From positions 1 through 34,154 of the IMG/VR virus record IMGVR_UViG_3300023184_000332: a DNA stretch of 34,154 nt; one strand, 5' to 3'. Position numbers and translations under genes: made by a program. Shown here piece by piece: positions 18,937 to 26,968 of the stretch; position 1 is the stretch's first letter, and every line of letters begins with the position of its first letter. The notes below the pieces were generated by a model. It did not search any database, was not told the DNA's origin, and saw only the letters and a list, made by a program, of their open reading frames with translations. The DNA comes from a virus. Its lineage: Duplodnaviria; Caudoviricetes.

Positions 18937-19130
18937 AGACGAAAATCTTTTCGAGTGACAAGTTTTATATTGTCACGGCGGATCCTGATATCTACTGGCG
19001 CGTCGATACCTATTCTTGCCTTGTCTCTTTGAATATCAATAAGAGATATTACAACCACAACCGGATTCCCGCTTTGGTCATAAGCGTCGATCATGAATTT
19101 TTCAGTCACCTGCCGTGTTATCACCAGCAT
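18933..19130 (-). CDS. csrA: Carbon storage regulator (CsrA/RsmA) homologue
   Basis: MLVITRQ..E...I..VVISL...ARIGIDAPVDIRIRR. Confidence 0.88.
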   Translation of the reverse strand: MLVITRQVTEKFMIDAYDQSGNPVVVVISLIDIQRDKARIGIDAPVDIRIRRDNIKLVTRKDFRL

Positions 19131-19165
19131 ATCGAATTCCTTTCTGAGAACAGTTTTAGATCCGT

Positions 19166-19720
19166 TTAAGATTGTGGCTGCTTGTCAAGGTTATCAAAAA
19201 CAGACTTTAACGCTTCCTCGAACACCTGCAATGCAGTATTACCGCAAGCAACCCAACGTGCAGACAACGCCAAACCTTGCTGCTTCCAGTCGGTACAAGT
19301 ACCTGCTGGGATAAGCACTCCGTAAACTCCATTCACAAGATGGTGCAAAGGTATAGCGTATTTATCTGAGTGACTCTTGAACCATGCGCCGCAATCAGAA
19401 GTTTTTGGCGGAACCTGTGGCGGAGCAATTGCGGTTTCTGGTTCTTTCGTATTGGCCTGTGGTGAACCAGGTTTTACATGCTTGCTTAACTGAAGGTTAA
19501 TCTGGGACTCAACCGAATCAAGACAAAGGCTGTACATCTGATTGCGAACTTCGTCCAACTTCTCAGGAGAAGAAAGAAGACCAATATCAGTTACAAGTTC
19601 AACCGAACACTCGGCTCCAAAGGAACCAAAATTCGGTAGACCTACCTTTTTTGTAAGCCCCGTTCTTATAATGAACGTAGCATTATTATTCTGCATGATC
19701 CCGTCCTTTCGTGGATACAT
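19166..19720 (-). CDS. Hypothetical protein
   Basis: 184-aa ORF; the start could be the second Met (MQNNN). Confidence 0.65.
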   Translation of the reverse strand: MYPRKDGIMQNNNATFIIRTGLTKKVGLPNFGSFGAECSVELVTDIGLLSSPEKLDEVRNQMYSLCLDSVESQINLQLSKHVKPGSPQANTKEPETAIAPPQVPPKTSDCGAWFKSHSDKYAIPLHHLVNGVYGVLIPAGTCTDWKQQGLALSARWVACGNTALQVFEEALKSVFDNLDKQPQS

Positions 19721-19758
19721 CTTTGTTTTTCGTTTCGCTTACCAACCCTTACGTTATT

Positions 19759-19786
19759 AATTTACTACCTTATTCCATGAAGTCAA
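19759..19786 (-). promoter_or_regulatory. Putative sigma-70 promoter
   Basis: TTGACT-16 bp-TAAATT in an AT-rich intergenic gap, upstream of the replication operon. Confidence 0.45.
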
Positions 19787-19885
19787 TAATTAAACTGTAA
19801 GATTTTTGTAAAAAGTCATAATGCTTTATTGTGCATGCATTTGCGTAAACGATATTTATAGTTGGAGCTTTACGAGAAGCAAAGA

Positions 19886-20185
19886 CTAAATGTTGAAGTT
19901 GTTTACGCAGTTCGTAATGTCAGGCACATGATTTGGCCAAGAGTTTTTTATGGCCGGATTTTCTTTTGACATTCTGGCTGATTCTAAAACCTCTATTGCA
20001 GATAAAATTTCTTTATGCGAAGCCGTATAAACAAACATAAGCCTTGATATTCCTTCAGCAAGAAGCCTTATTCTGGTCTGGTCGATTTCCTTTTGGCTTT
20101 TGTGCTGATCTCTTGATCTTCTCCCTGTAGACGCAATATAGTCAGACGAATTGAGTGCTTTTCCAAGCGAGTCATCGGTACTCAT
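19886..20185 (-). CDS. Hypothetical protein
   Basis: ATGA-coupled to the YqaJ gene (MSTDDSL). Confidence 0.55.
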   Translation of the reverse strand: MSTDDSLGKALNSSDYIASTGRRSRDQHKSQKEIDQTRIRLLAEGISRLMFVYTASHKEILSAIEVLESARMSKENPAIKNSWPNHVPDITNCVNNFNI

Positions 20186-21075
20186 AGAGTAATTCCTGTT
20201 CTTGAAATGGAAAGCCTTAGAGAGCAAGGTTTTTCCCTGAATTCCTTCTCCAGTTCAGGGTACTTTAGCACTAGACGCTTTTCAGTAGGTTTGTTTGACG
20301 GTACGGTAGTCACATCGACCTTGTACAAATGATTTTCAACGTGTAAATCAGATGGCGAGCCAAGATCTTCTAAGATTTGTGTTTTAAGGTTTGACTTCTC
20401 GGCGGTCAGTTTTTTGATTTCAAGATCAATTTCAAGGTATCTTTGAAGTTTTGAATCTGGAAGAAAATCGCAATCAGACCTTTGCTTACGTGGTTTAACA
20501 TCCGGTGGAGTACGTTGTAAAACATTGTATGTCCAAAACTTAGTACATACTTCTATACATTCTTGCAGAAGATCAAAATGATCTTCGACCTTGATATGAT
20601 AGTCGTGGTATTTTGCATCTTTTGTTGACCATACCGCAAGCCAGCCCTCAACAAACCCCGTAACCCAGCACTGCCAAAGAACTTGTATGATGTAGTAAAT
20701 TGGCGGCGTTAAGTATAAGGAAGTCGTGATTGTTTTGGCTTCCACAGGTCCAACAGCAAGAAAACCACTGTAAGCCACTCCGTCAAGTGTTGCTGATGCC
20801 CAAGCGAGACTTGGTTCGCAGTGATTTACGGCAAGCTGATAATTTCTTACATCCATCCCATGTTTTGCGGAAAACTCTGCTATTACAAACAGTTCATGGC
20901 GATTACCACGGGTCATCGAATCTGTTTGAAAAATGACTCCACCTGTGGAAACACCAGTTTTGTAATTGTAAACGTCAAGGATGTTTCCAAAAGGAGATAG
21001 CCCCATAACTTTAGCAACTTCAGAAGCTCCAAGGCTTTTCATCCTTCGTGCGTGAAATTGTTCGTTTTCAGGCAT
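20182..21075 (-). CDS. YqaJ/lambda-exonuclease family nuclease
   Basis: RRMKSLGASEV..VMGLSPF, RGNRHE, ATLDG, VEAKT and YYIIQV..Q motifs. Confidence 0.88.
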   Translation of the reverse strand: MPENEQFHARRMKSLGASEVAKVMGLSPFGNILDVYNYKTGVSTGGVIFQTDSMTRGNRHELFVIAEFSAKHGMDVRNYQLAVNHCEPSLAWASATLDGVAYSGFLAVGPVEAKTITTSLYLTPPIYYIIQVLWQCWVTGFVEGWLAVWSTKDAKYHDYHIKVEDHFDLLQECIEVCTKFWTYNVLQRTPPDVKPRKQRSDCDFLPDSKLQRYLEIDLEIKKLTAEKSNLKTQILEDLGSPSDLHVENHLYKVDVTTVPSNKPTEKRLVLKYPELEKEFREKPCSLRLSISRTGITL

Positions 21076-21091
21076 GGTGCATTCCTGTTAA

Positions 21092-21167
21092 ATTCATGGG
21101 GAAGGGGTCGAACCTTCTGTACAGAATAGAGATCGGTATCCTGTATGCGTGCCTTTCGCCCCACGAA
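21092..21167 (-). ncRNA. tRNA-like element (non-canonical)
   Basis: Acceptor-like stem TTCGTGGG/CCCATGAA, D-like arm GCG-AAAGGCA-CGC, 9-bp arm with 8-nt loop, perfect T arm GAAGG-TTCGACC-CCTTC; no CCA. Confidence 0.6.
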
Positions 21168-21260
21168 ACAGCGGGATTGTACTCGCAAAACGCAGAGTGC
21201 AGGATTAGGCGTCCATAAGTGTGGCCGTTTTATTTCCTTCTTTCCACACTGCTAACAAAC

Positions 21261-21289
21261 AGAATACGTAGAAAGTGACCACAAGTCAA
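21261..21289 (-). promoter_or_regulatory. Putative sigma-70 promoter for the tRNA-like element and yqaJ
   Basis: TTGACT-17 bp-TATTCT. Confidence 0.55.
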
Positions 21290-21350
21290 TGGTGAATTTG
21301 TGCTAAGATGGAAAAGTGAGCGCACAACTTTTGGATCAAAAAGGGCGAAC

Positions 21351-22055
21351 GTGATAAAAAAAACCAAACCACACAAATCAACCAACGACAAAACCGCAAC
21401 TGTTATAGATTGGAAAAAAGATGTAGACCTTGACGGGAAAGTATTTTCTGGAAGAAGCGATGGACTGGACGCAAATAATGTTCCGTCTATTGAGGTTCTT
21501 GCGTCAACGCAGGCTCCTGTAAAGATTGATCCAAGGTTAAATTATGGGAGAGTCAAAGAAAGAATCGAAAAGCAATGGCCCAATTTGATTTTAGCCGCAA
21601 ATAACGGCTACGAGTTTGCTTCGATGGCCAAGGCTATTGGTATTTCGCTGCGGGCAATGCAGATCTATTTACAAAAAAATCCTGAGCGAAAACGCGAACT
21701 TATCCAGGGTCGATTGAAGATTAGGGATGTGGCTATCGGGGTAATCCTTAATGCCGCAAATAAAGGAAACTGGATACCAGCCGCATGGCTTCTTGAGCGA
21801 CTTTACTGGCAAGAGTTCGCAAAACCTGAAGTAAGGTTGCAGTTACTTGACAGAGTGACAAATCTGACCGAAGTATCTCAGACATTTGGCGGAAAATCTC
21901 TCCAAGAAATCGGCAACGAATTAAGGGAAGTTCATGGCGAAAACCCAAATTACAAACGAAGAATTGAGCAGTCGCAGGTTTGCGCTTCAGAAAATGGAGC
22001 CAAACTGGATCATGGAAGGATCAAAAACGGTCAAGAAGAGGGTGAACCAAACTGA
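21351..22055 (+). CDS. terS: Terminase small subunit (putative)
   Basis: HTH-like 'ASMAKAIGISLRAMQIYL' and 'WIPAAWLLER' motif; directly upstream of terL; start uncertain (21300 or 21351). Confidence 0.65.
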   Translation: MIKKTKPHKSTNDKTATVIDWKKDVDLDGKVFSGRSDGLDANNVPSIEVLASTQAPVKIDPRLNYGRVKERIEKQWPNLILAANNGYEFASMAKAIGISLRAMQIYLQKNPERKRELIQGRLKIRDVAIGVILNAANKGNWIPAAWLLERLYWQEFAKPEVRLQLLDRVTNLTEVSQTFGGKSLQEIGNELREVHGENPNYKRRIEQSQVCASENGAKLDHGRIKNGQEEGEPN

Positions 22056-23211
22056 GTGGACTGTTCCTCAGATGCTGTTCTGGACTGACGAATCAAGGCA
22101 AAGGCTGTTTTGTGGTGGTGTTGGAGCAGGAAAAACCTACGCTGGATGTGTAGAGATTGTAAATCAGCCTCCAAACACACTTGGCATAGCCATAAGTCCT
22201 ACTTACACAATGCTTAAAGATACGACACTAAGGACGTTTCTTGAACTTTATGAAGGTTCTGGACTTATTGTGTCGTTCAATAGGACTGATATGTCCATGA
22301 TTCTGAAAGGAAATCGCACAGTTTTATGGAGATCAGCAGATAAACCTGAAAAGCTTCGCGGAATCAATGCGGGGTGGGCATGGATGGATGAAGCGGCCTT
22401 TTGCGAAGAGGAAGCGTACAATATTGTTTTGGGAAGATTGAGGCGTCAGCCTGGAAAGCTGTGGCTAACAACGACTCCAAACGGAAAGCAGAATTGGGTT
22501 TACAGAATTAGCCAAGGCCATGCCGTTTCTGTAACAAGGGCTTCAACCAGAACCAATCAGTTTAACCCAGAATTTTATGTAACCCAAATGCTTTCGTCGT
22601 ATGATCCCAAAAGGGCACTCCAAGAAATTGATGCTGAATTTGTGGACACTGACGGAGCATTAATGAAACGAGCCTGGTTCCAAAAATGGGAAGGCCTTGT
22701 CCCCGAAAGGTTGCAGTTATGCCGATCATGGGATTCGGCGGCTACTGAATCCGGTGGAGATTATACAGTCGGTATGCTTATGGCAAACGTGGTCGGAACC
22801 GACAAGATTATCATTACGGATGTACTTAGAGGGCAGTATTCTGCGGACACTGTAGACGCAATGATCCGGACTTGCGCGGACACTGACGGCCAAAAAGTAT
22901 CGGTAGTTCTTGAGCAAGAACCTGGCAGTGCCGGTAAAAGGCTCTTAACGCAACAGGTGAGGGCTTTGCACGGTCATAGGGTTCAATGGTACGCTTCTGG
23001 TCAAAAGAAGCTTGCAAGGGCTGTTCCGGTCGCAAGAGCAGCCGCACAAGGCAGAGTGTACTACCTTGAGGGCGAATGGAATGAAGCGTTTTTTACAGAG
23101 ATTGAGTCCTTCACTGGTACTGTTGTCGATGAACACGATGACCAAGTTGACGCAATGAGCCTTGGATTTACGCATCTTGAAGGAAACATGCGAAGGGTTA
23201 TTGCTGTGTGA
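21934..23211 (+). CDS. terL: Terminase large subunit
   Basis: Walker A GGVGAGKT, Walker B WAWMDEAA, TTTP coupling motif, nuclease RSWDSAA...HDDQVDA; start may be 21994 or 22012. Confidence 0.92.
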   Translation: MAKTQITNEELSSRRFALQKMEPNWIMEGSKTVKKRVNQTEWTVPQMLFWTDESRQRLFCGGVGAGKTYAGCVEIVNQPPNTLGIAISPTYTMLKDTTLRTFLELYEGSGLIVSFNRTDMSMILKGNRTVLWRSADKPEKLRGINAGWAWMDEAAFCEEEAYNIVLGRLRRQPGKLWLTTTPNGKQNWVYRISQGHAVSVTRASTRTNQFNPEFYVTQMLSSYDPKRALQEIDAEFVDTDGALMKRAWFQKWEGLVPERLQLCRSWDSAATESGGDYTVGMLMANVVGTDKIIITDVLRGQYSADTVDAMIRTCADTDGQKVSVVLEQEPGSAGKRLLTQQVRALHGHRVQWYASGQKKLARAVPVARAAAQGRVYYLEGEWNEAFFTEIESFTGTVVDEHDDQVDAMSLGFTHLEGNMRRVIAV

Positions 23212-23217
23212 TGAGTC

Positions 23218-23682
23218 TTAATCAGTGATATTGTGATATGAAAGTGCTATGCAAATAGCGTCAGACTCACCATCGGTAAGATCATCAAGTGAAGGGTATT
23301 TTTCTTTGCAATAAACGATTGAGCGTTTTTTGCCAAGTTTTTTGTCAATACCATCGAGAACTTTTTGCCAAGTTTTAGGCATGACGAATTCGTATGGTAT
23401 TCCAAGTCCCGAAGACAACCCCTGCAAGATTCCAAAGCATTGCCCGAAAGTAAACATTGACAAAACTCCCTGCTTAGGCATTGCGTGAACCCTTTCGATG
23501 ACGATTGACGTTCCATGTGGAAGTGTTCGCCAATCTTCAAATATTTTTTTTATAGATTGGCAGTCAATCACTTTTTTTGTACCGAATTTTACAACTGGCA
23601 TTTCGTATGTCGCTAGGACATCGCGGTTTTTAACAATTGCAATTCCGCCAGATAAGCTGGGGTCAACTCCGATGATTATCAT
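23218..23682 (-). CDS. RuvC-like Holliday junction resolvase
   Basis: IIGVDPSLSGGIA, IVIERVHAMPKQGV..FTFG, PKTWQK and DGESDAICIA motifs. Confidence 0.85.
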   Translation of the reverse strand: MIIIGVDPSLSGGIAIVKNRDVLATYEMPVVKFGTKKVIDCQSIKKIFEDWRTLPHGTSIVIERVHAMPKQGVLSMFTFGQCFGILQGLSSGLGIPYEFVMPKTWQKVLDGIDKKLGKKRSIVYCKEKYPSLDDLTDGESDAICIALSYHNITD

Positions 23683-23966
23683 GCATCCATCTTCTTTCTA
23701 CGCTTGACTTCCTGATTCAGATACCAGATCGCCTTTTCGATATCCTCAATCGCGTTGCCCTTCAAATCTGCTCGCCAAATGTATTTGATTGCATTCCCAG
23801 TGTTAAACATCATGTGTTGGGTGATTTCAATACACTCAACGCCTGACGGGTGGCTTGTGTAATGCTTCGGATGGTTGACCGGGTCAGGTGGAGTCGGCCC
23901 TGTTGTCCATTGAAATTCCAGAGCATTAAACCTTGCCGAAAGTTCGTCTAATTCCTCTGTGCTCAT
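23679..23966 (-). CDS. DUF3310 protein (T7 gp1.7-like nucleotide kinase family)
   Basis: DPVNHPKHY...ECIEI...FNTGNAIKYIWRA..K...EDIEKAIWYL; start at ATG 23966 (GGAGG, ATGA overlap). Confidence 0.85.
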   Translation of the reverse strand: MSTEELDELSARFNALEFQWTTGPTPPDPVNHPKHYTSHPSGVECIEITQHMMFNTGNAIKYIWRADLKGNAIEDIEKAIWYLNQEVKRRKKMDA

Positions 23967-24223
23967 TCGACCGGCCTCCAGTGTGTGGGTGTTTTGCCTA
24001 TCCCGTTCATAACAGGATTTATCGACTTCGGGAACATCCTTTGACTGATATGGCTCCAATAGGCCGTATTAGAATGGAACCACATCCAGTCATCGGGGAA
24101 CCGTCCATCACGTAAACCGAACATCTCGCCGCCGCCGCTGTCGGCATTCATGCGGACAATCACCGTCTGCCCCACCTCCGGCAATGTTGCCGGATCGTCT
24201 GTAATCTCGGTCCATGTGCTCAT
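23963..24223 (-). CDS. DUF551-like protein (module C)
   Basis: WTEITDDPATLPE..TVIVR...THWRPVE. Confidence 0.65.
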   Translation of the reverse strand: MSTWTEITDDPATLPEVGQTVIVRMNADSGGGEMFGLRDGRFPDDWMWFHSNTAYWSHISQRMFPKSINPVMNGIGKTPTHWRPVE

Positions 24224-24555
24224 TCAACCGGCCTCCAATGTGTAGGTGGGACAGGTCCAACTGGTCTTATATGGTCGCAACACAGGGACTTGTCGTACTT
24301 AGACCATGCCGCCAATGTCGAATAATACCATGGCCAGTCGCTGCCCGTGCGGCGGTAGTCTGGCCGAAGACCGAAGCACTCGCCGCCCGCATTGCGTATT
24401 ACAACAAGTCGGCTCAACTCCGGTAACGTGGCCGGGTCGTCTGTGATCTTGATCCATTCCGGCTCCGGCTTCACCTGCATCATGTTGAACACGGTCAACG
24501 CCGCGGCCTTAGCCTCGCCATGTGGTAGGCTGGCGATAAAATCAAGCGTTATCAT
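24220..24555 (-). CDS. Module B + DUF551-like module C fusion
   Basis: LDFIASLPHGEAKAAALTVFNMM followed by WIKITDDPATLPE...THWRPVE. Confidence 0.7.
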   Translation of the reverse strand: MITLDFIASLPHGEAKAAALTVFNMMQVKPEPEWIKITDDPATLPELSRLVVIRNAGGECFGLRPDYRRTGSDWPWYYSTLAAWSKYDKSLCCDHIRPVGPVPPTHWRPVE

Positions 24556-24631
24556 CTTGTAGATCTCCTATAAAACTGTCGATTCTGCTGTCCAGAACAC
24601 GTAAATCGTCGATGGTCGCCACTATCGGCAT
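24542..24631 (-). CDS. 29-aa mini-ORF (MPIVATIDDLRVLDSRIDSFIGDLQDDNA)
   Basis: Hand-translated; AGGAG 5 nt upstream; stops inside the junction motif. An alternative frame (24552-24635) is also open. Confidence 0.4.
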   Translation of the reverse strand: MPIVATIDDLRVLDSRIDSFIGDLQDDNA

Positions 24632-24841
24632 TCATGCTCCTAGGTATGTCGCGACCCGATGCCAACTTCGGCGCCAATGCCTAGCAACTTCGACTTTATC
24701 TGCGGAGCTTGAGGATAAACTCGTAACCTTGAGTTCAGATCCTACCGGATCCGGCCTTGCTTGCATCATGTTGTAAACAGTCAGGGCTGCGGCCTTAGCC
24801 TCGCCATGCTCCAGCGATGCGATAAAATCAAGCGTTTTCAT
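24632..24841 (-). CDS. Module B protein with unique C-terminus
   Basis: MKTLDFIASLEHGEAKAAALTVYNMM. Confidence 0.65.
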   Translation of the reverse strand: MKTLDFIASLEHGEAKAAALTVYNMMQARPDPVGSELKVTSLSSSSADKVEVARHWRRSWHRVATYLGA

Positions 24842-25061
24842 CAGTGTTCTCCTTTGCTTTGTCGATCTCTTTCAAACAGGCTTCCTTGGCTTCTTCAAGG
24901 CTTTTGGATTCCGGCATAATTAGCTTGCTAAATTGGCTCCATCGAACTTCTGATCTATAGGTCAGATTGTCGGTAAGTAGCCAGATTTGGGCGATGACTT
25001 CTCCTCGCCTTATTCGCCACTGGTTGCCGTCTACCGTGATCCATCGTTCAAGCGGTGTCAT
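24828..25061 (-). CDS. Module A protein
   Basis: MTPLERWITVDGNQWR...SEVRWSQFSKLI...LEEAKEACLKEI; start at the motif ATG 25061. Confidence 0.7.
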   Translation of the reverse strand: MTPLERWITVDGNQWRIRRGEVIAQIWLLTDNLTYRSEVRWSQFSKLIMPESKSLEEAKEACLKEIDKAKENTDENA

Positions 25062-25399
25062 TGGATCGGCCTCCATTGTGTGACAATGCAATCCTGCGGT
25101 TCCAATTCTTCCTCGTAACAAACAATGGCTTGTTTGTCCGTATCCCAAAACGGGTTGACAACTTTTGACCAGCACCAATCGCTATTCTTTTCCGTCGCCG
25201 CTTTACGCGATGCCAGAAATTCGCATCCTTCAATTGTCCGAACCACGATCAGCAGGCAAGGCGGCGGCAACCTGTCGGGCGAGCCCTCGATGGTGATCCA
25301 TATCGGTGTCCACACCGGCAGCATCAAATTGAAAATGGCCTTCGCTGCGGCCTTGGCTTCGCCGTGCGGCAGGCTGGCGATAAAATCAAGCGGTGTCAT
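25058..25399 (-). CDS. Module B + DUF551-like module C fusion
   Basis: MTPLDFIASLPHGEAKAAA...WITIEGSPDRLP...VTQWRPIQ. Confidence 0.7.
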   Translation of the reverse strand: MTPLDFIASLPHGEAKAAAKAIFNLMLPVWTPIWITIEGSPDRLPPPCLLIVVRTIEGCEFLASRKAATEKNSDWCWSKVVNPFWDTDKQAIVCYEEELEPQDCIVTQWRPIQ

Positions 25400-25646
25400 C
25401 AATGTGCTCCTTTGCTGCTTCAATCGCTTTCAAACAGGCTTCTTTAGCTTCTTCAAGGCACATGAAATCCGGCAAAATCAGCTTGCTAAATTCGGACCAG
25501 CGAACTTCTGACCTATATGTTGGATTATCGCTGCGCAGCCAGTATGTTAGATTATCGCTGCGCAGCCAGATCACGGCAATAATCTCGCCGCACCTCAGCC
25601 GCCACTGGTTGCCGTCTACCGTGATCCATCGTTCAAGCGGTGTCAT
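25386..25646 (-). CDS. Module A protein with internal 9-aa duplication
   Basis: Paralogue of 24828-25061; WLRSDNLTY-WLRSDNPTY. Confidence 0.7.
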   Translation of the reverse strand: MTPLERWITVDGNQWRLRCGEIIAVIWLRSDNLTYWLRSDNPTYRSEVRWSEFSKLILPDFMCLEEAKEACLKAIEAAKEHIDDTA

Positions 25647-25803
25647 TGTTTTCCTCGTTAGCCTGAATCTTCTGGATCATGGCAAGCAAGAGTGTTGTGG
25701 GAATGGTGATGCGTTCCCGTTTGTTTTCCAATTGCATAGTTGCGCAACGCTTCCATCCATCAATAACTTCTGGTGTCAGCAGTTCTTTCTCAGTCGGTGT
25801 CAT
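25633..25803 (-). CDS. 56-aa ORF (MTPTEKELLTPEVIDGWKRC...ENNDTA)
   Basis: Hand-translated; starts and stops inside successive junction motifs. Confidence 0.6.
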   Translation of the reverse strand: MTPTEKELLTPEVIDGWKRCATMQLENKRERITIPTTLLLAMIQKIQANEENNDTA

Positions 25804-25895
25804 TGTCGTCTCTCTCTAAGCATGTTGTAAACGGCCAGCATTAAAGCTGCGGACATGCCGGCTATCGAAGATACGATAATATCAAACGGCGTCAT
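25800..25895 (-). CDS. 31-aa putative membrane peptide (MTPFDIIVSSIAGMSAALMLAVYNMLRERRQ)
   Basis: Hand-translated; ATGA-coupled at both ends; hydrophobic stretch followed by a basic tail. Confidence 0.55.
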   Translation of the reverse strand: MTPFDIIVSSIAGMSAALMLAVYNMLRERRQ

Positions 25896-26371
25896 TGCAC
25901 TTGGCCCTTCTTAAACTCGTGATACTTGGCGATTGCAAACGCTGAACGCTTATCGCTTGCTCCCCGTAGCAGGTATAGCGGATCGCCCTTCTTGCCGGAC
26001 GGCCCGTAGATTGATTCCAAGCCAGCCCTGAGCGTTGCATCGTTAAGCTTGCCGCCAGCCGTAATCCACTGACCATATTCGCGGCGTGTGTACACGGCAA
26101 GCGTCAGGGCCTCATAGATGGCAACCCTCTTCAGTTCCCCGATAAAATACATCGTCTGGATCGACGATTCACCTACCGGACGGCCTTGGCAAGCAAACCC
26201 CTCGACTGCAAATTCGTGAGATTTTGCCCAAGGCGATTGCATGATTTTAACGAGTTCGGCGTTTTCAATCTTATCCGCCATTTGGATGTTAAAGATTTTG
26301 CTATGATCGCATGCAATTATCATGCATATTCCGCTATGCGTGCTTCCGGGGTCGATTCCGGTAATTACCAT
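25892..26371 (-). CDS. Second RuvC/RNase H-fold nuclease
   Basis: ITGIDPGSTHSG, FAVE, TMYFIGEL and SDKRSAFAIA. Confidence 0.7.
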   Translation of the reverse strand: MVITGIDPGSTHSGICMIIACDHSKIFNIQMADKIENAELVKIMQSPWAKSHEFAVEGFACQGRPVGESSIQTMYFIGELKRVAIYEALTLAVYTRREYGQWITAGGKLNDATLRAGLESIYGPSGKKGDPLYLLRGASDKRSAFAIAKYHEFKKGQVQ

Positions 26372-26751
26372 GATTCTAACTCCTTGATATAAACAACAGG
26401 TCGCTTGGTAAGTTCGGCCTCAAGATCGGCAACCTTGGCCTCAAGGTTGATAATTTGCAATCCTGCATATTCAAGCGGTGTCATTTTCGTCTTTAATTCT
26501 TGTTTCTCGCGTCCTGTCCGTTCGTATTTGTCAAAATTTTTAATGAGATGGCAGGCGATCTCGTCAAATCTCAAACTCAAAAGTTCGCCTGGTTTTAAAT
26601 TGAAATTTACATACCATTGCGACTGGTAATCGAATATGAAACGGACGTACACGTCCCATTCAGACCAGCTAATCTTGTAACCAGCCAGCGGCGTTAGTGT
26701 GCGAAGATAGTTGATAAAGTTATCTGCTGCTTTGCGTTCAAACGGTGTCAT
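26365..26751 (-). CDS. Module D + coiled-coil fusion
   Basis: MTPFERKAADNFINYLR...LIKNFDKYERT, then an in-frame internal MTPLEY...LEAKVADLEAEL. Confidence 0.7.
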   Translation of the reverse strand: MTPFERKAADNFINYLRTLTPLAGYKISWSEWDVYVRFIFDYQSQWYVNFNLKPGELLSLRFDEIACHLIKNFDKYERTGREKQELKTKMTPLEYAGLQIINLEAKVADLEAELTKRPVVYIKELESW

Positions 26752-26968
26752 CAATATTCTCCTTTGCTCTTTCGATCTCTTTCAAACAGGCTTCTTTGGC
26801 TTCTTCAAGGCATTTGGATTCCGCCATAATTAGCTTGCTAAATTGGCTCCAGCGAACTTCTGACCATCGTTCAAGCGGTGTCTCCTCGCAATCACAGCAA
26901 TTTGTGCATAAGTTGCAGACCTTGCAAAGTTTATAATCTCGGTGTTTGTGGCATTCCGGGCAGTTCAT
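26738..26968 (-). CDS. Cys-rich zinc finger + truncated module A fusion
   Basis: CPEC..CKVCNLCTNCCDC then TPLERW-SEVRWSQF...EAKEACLKEI. Confidence 0.7.
   Translation of the reverse strand: MNCPECHKHRDYKLCKVCNLCTNCCDCEETPLERWSEVRWSQFSKLIMAESKCLEEAKEACLKEIERAKENIDDTV

Noticed and set aside
21092-21167. Canonical tRNA with assignable anticodon
   Set aside because: 9-bp stem with 8-nt loop, missing linker and no CCA; reported as tRNA-like instead
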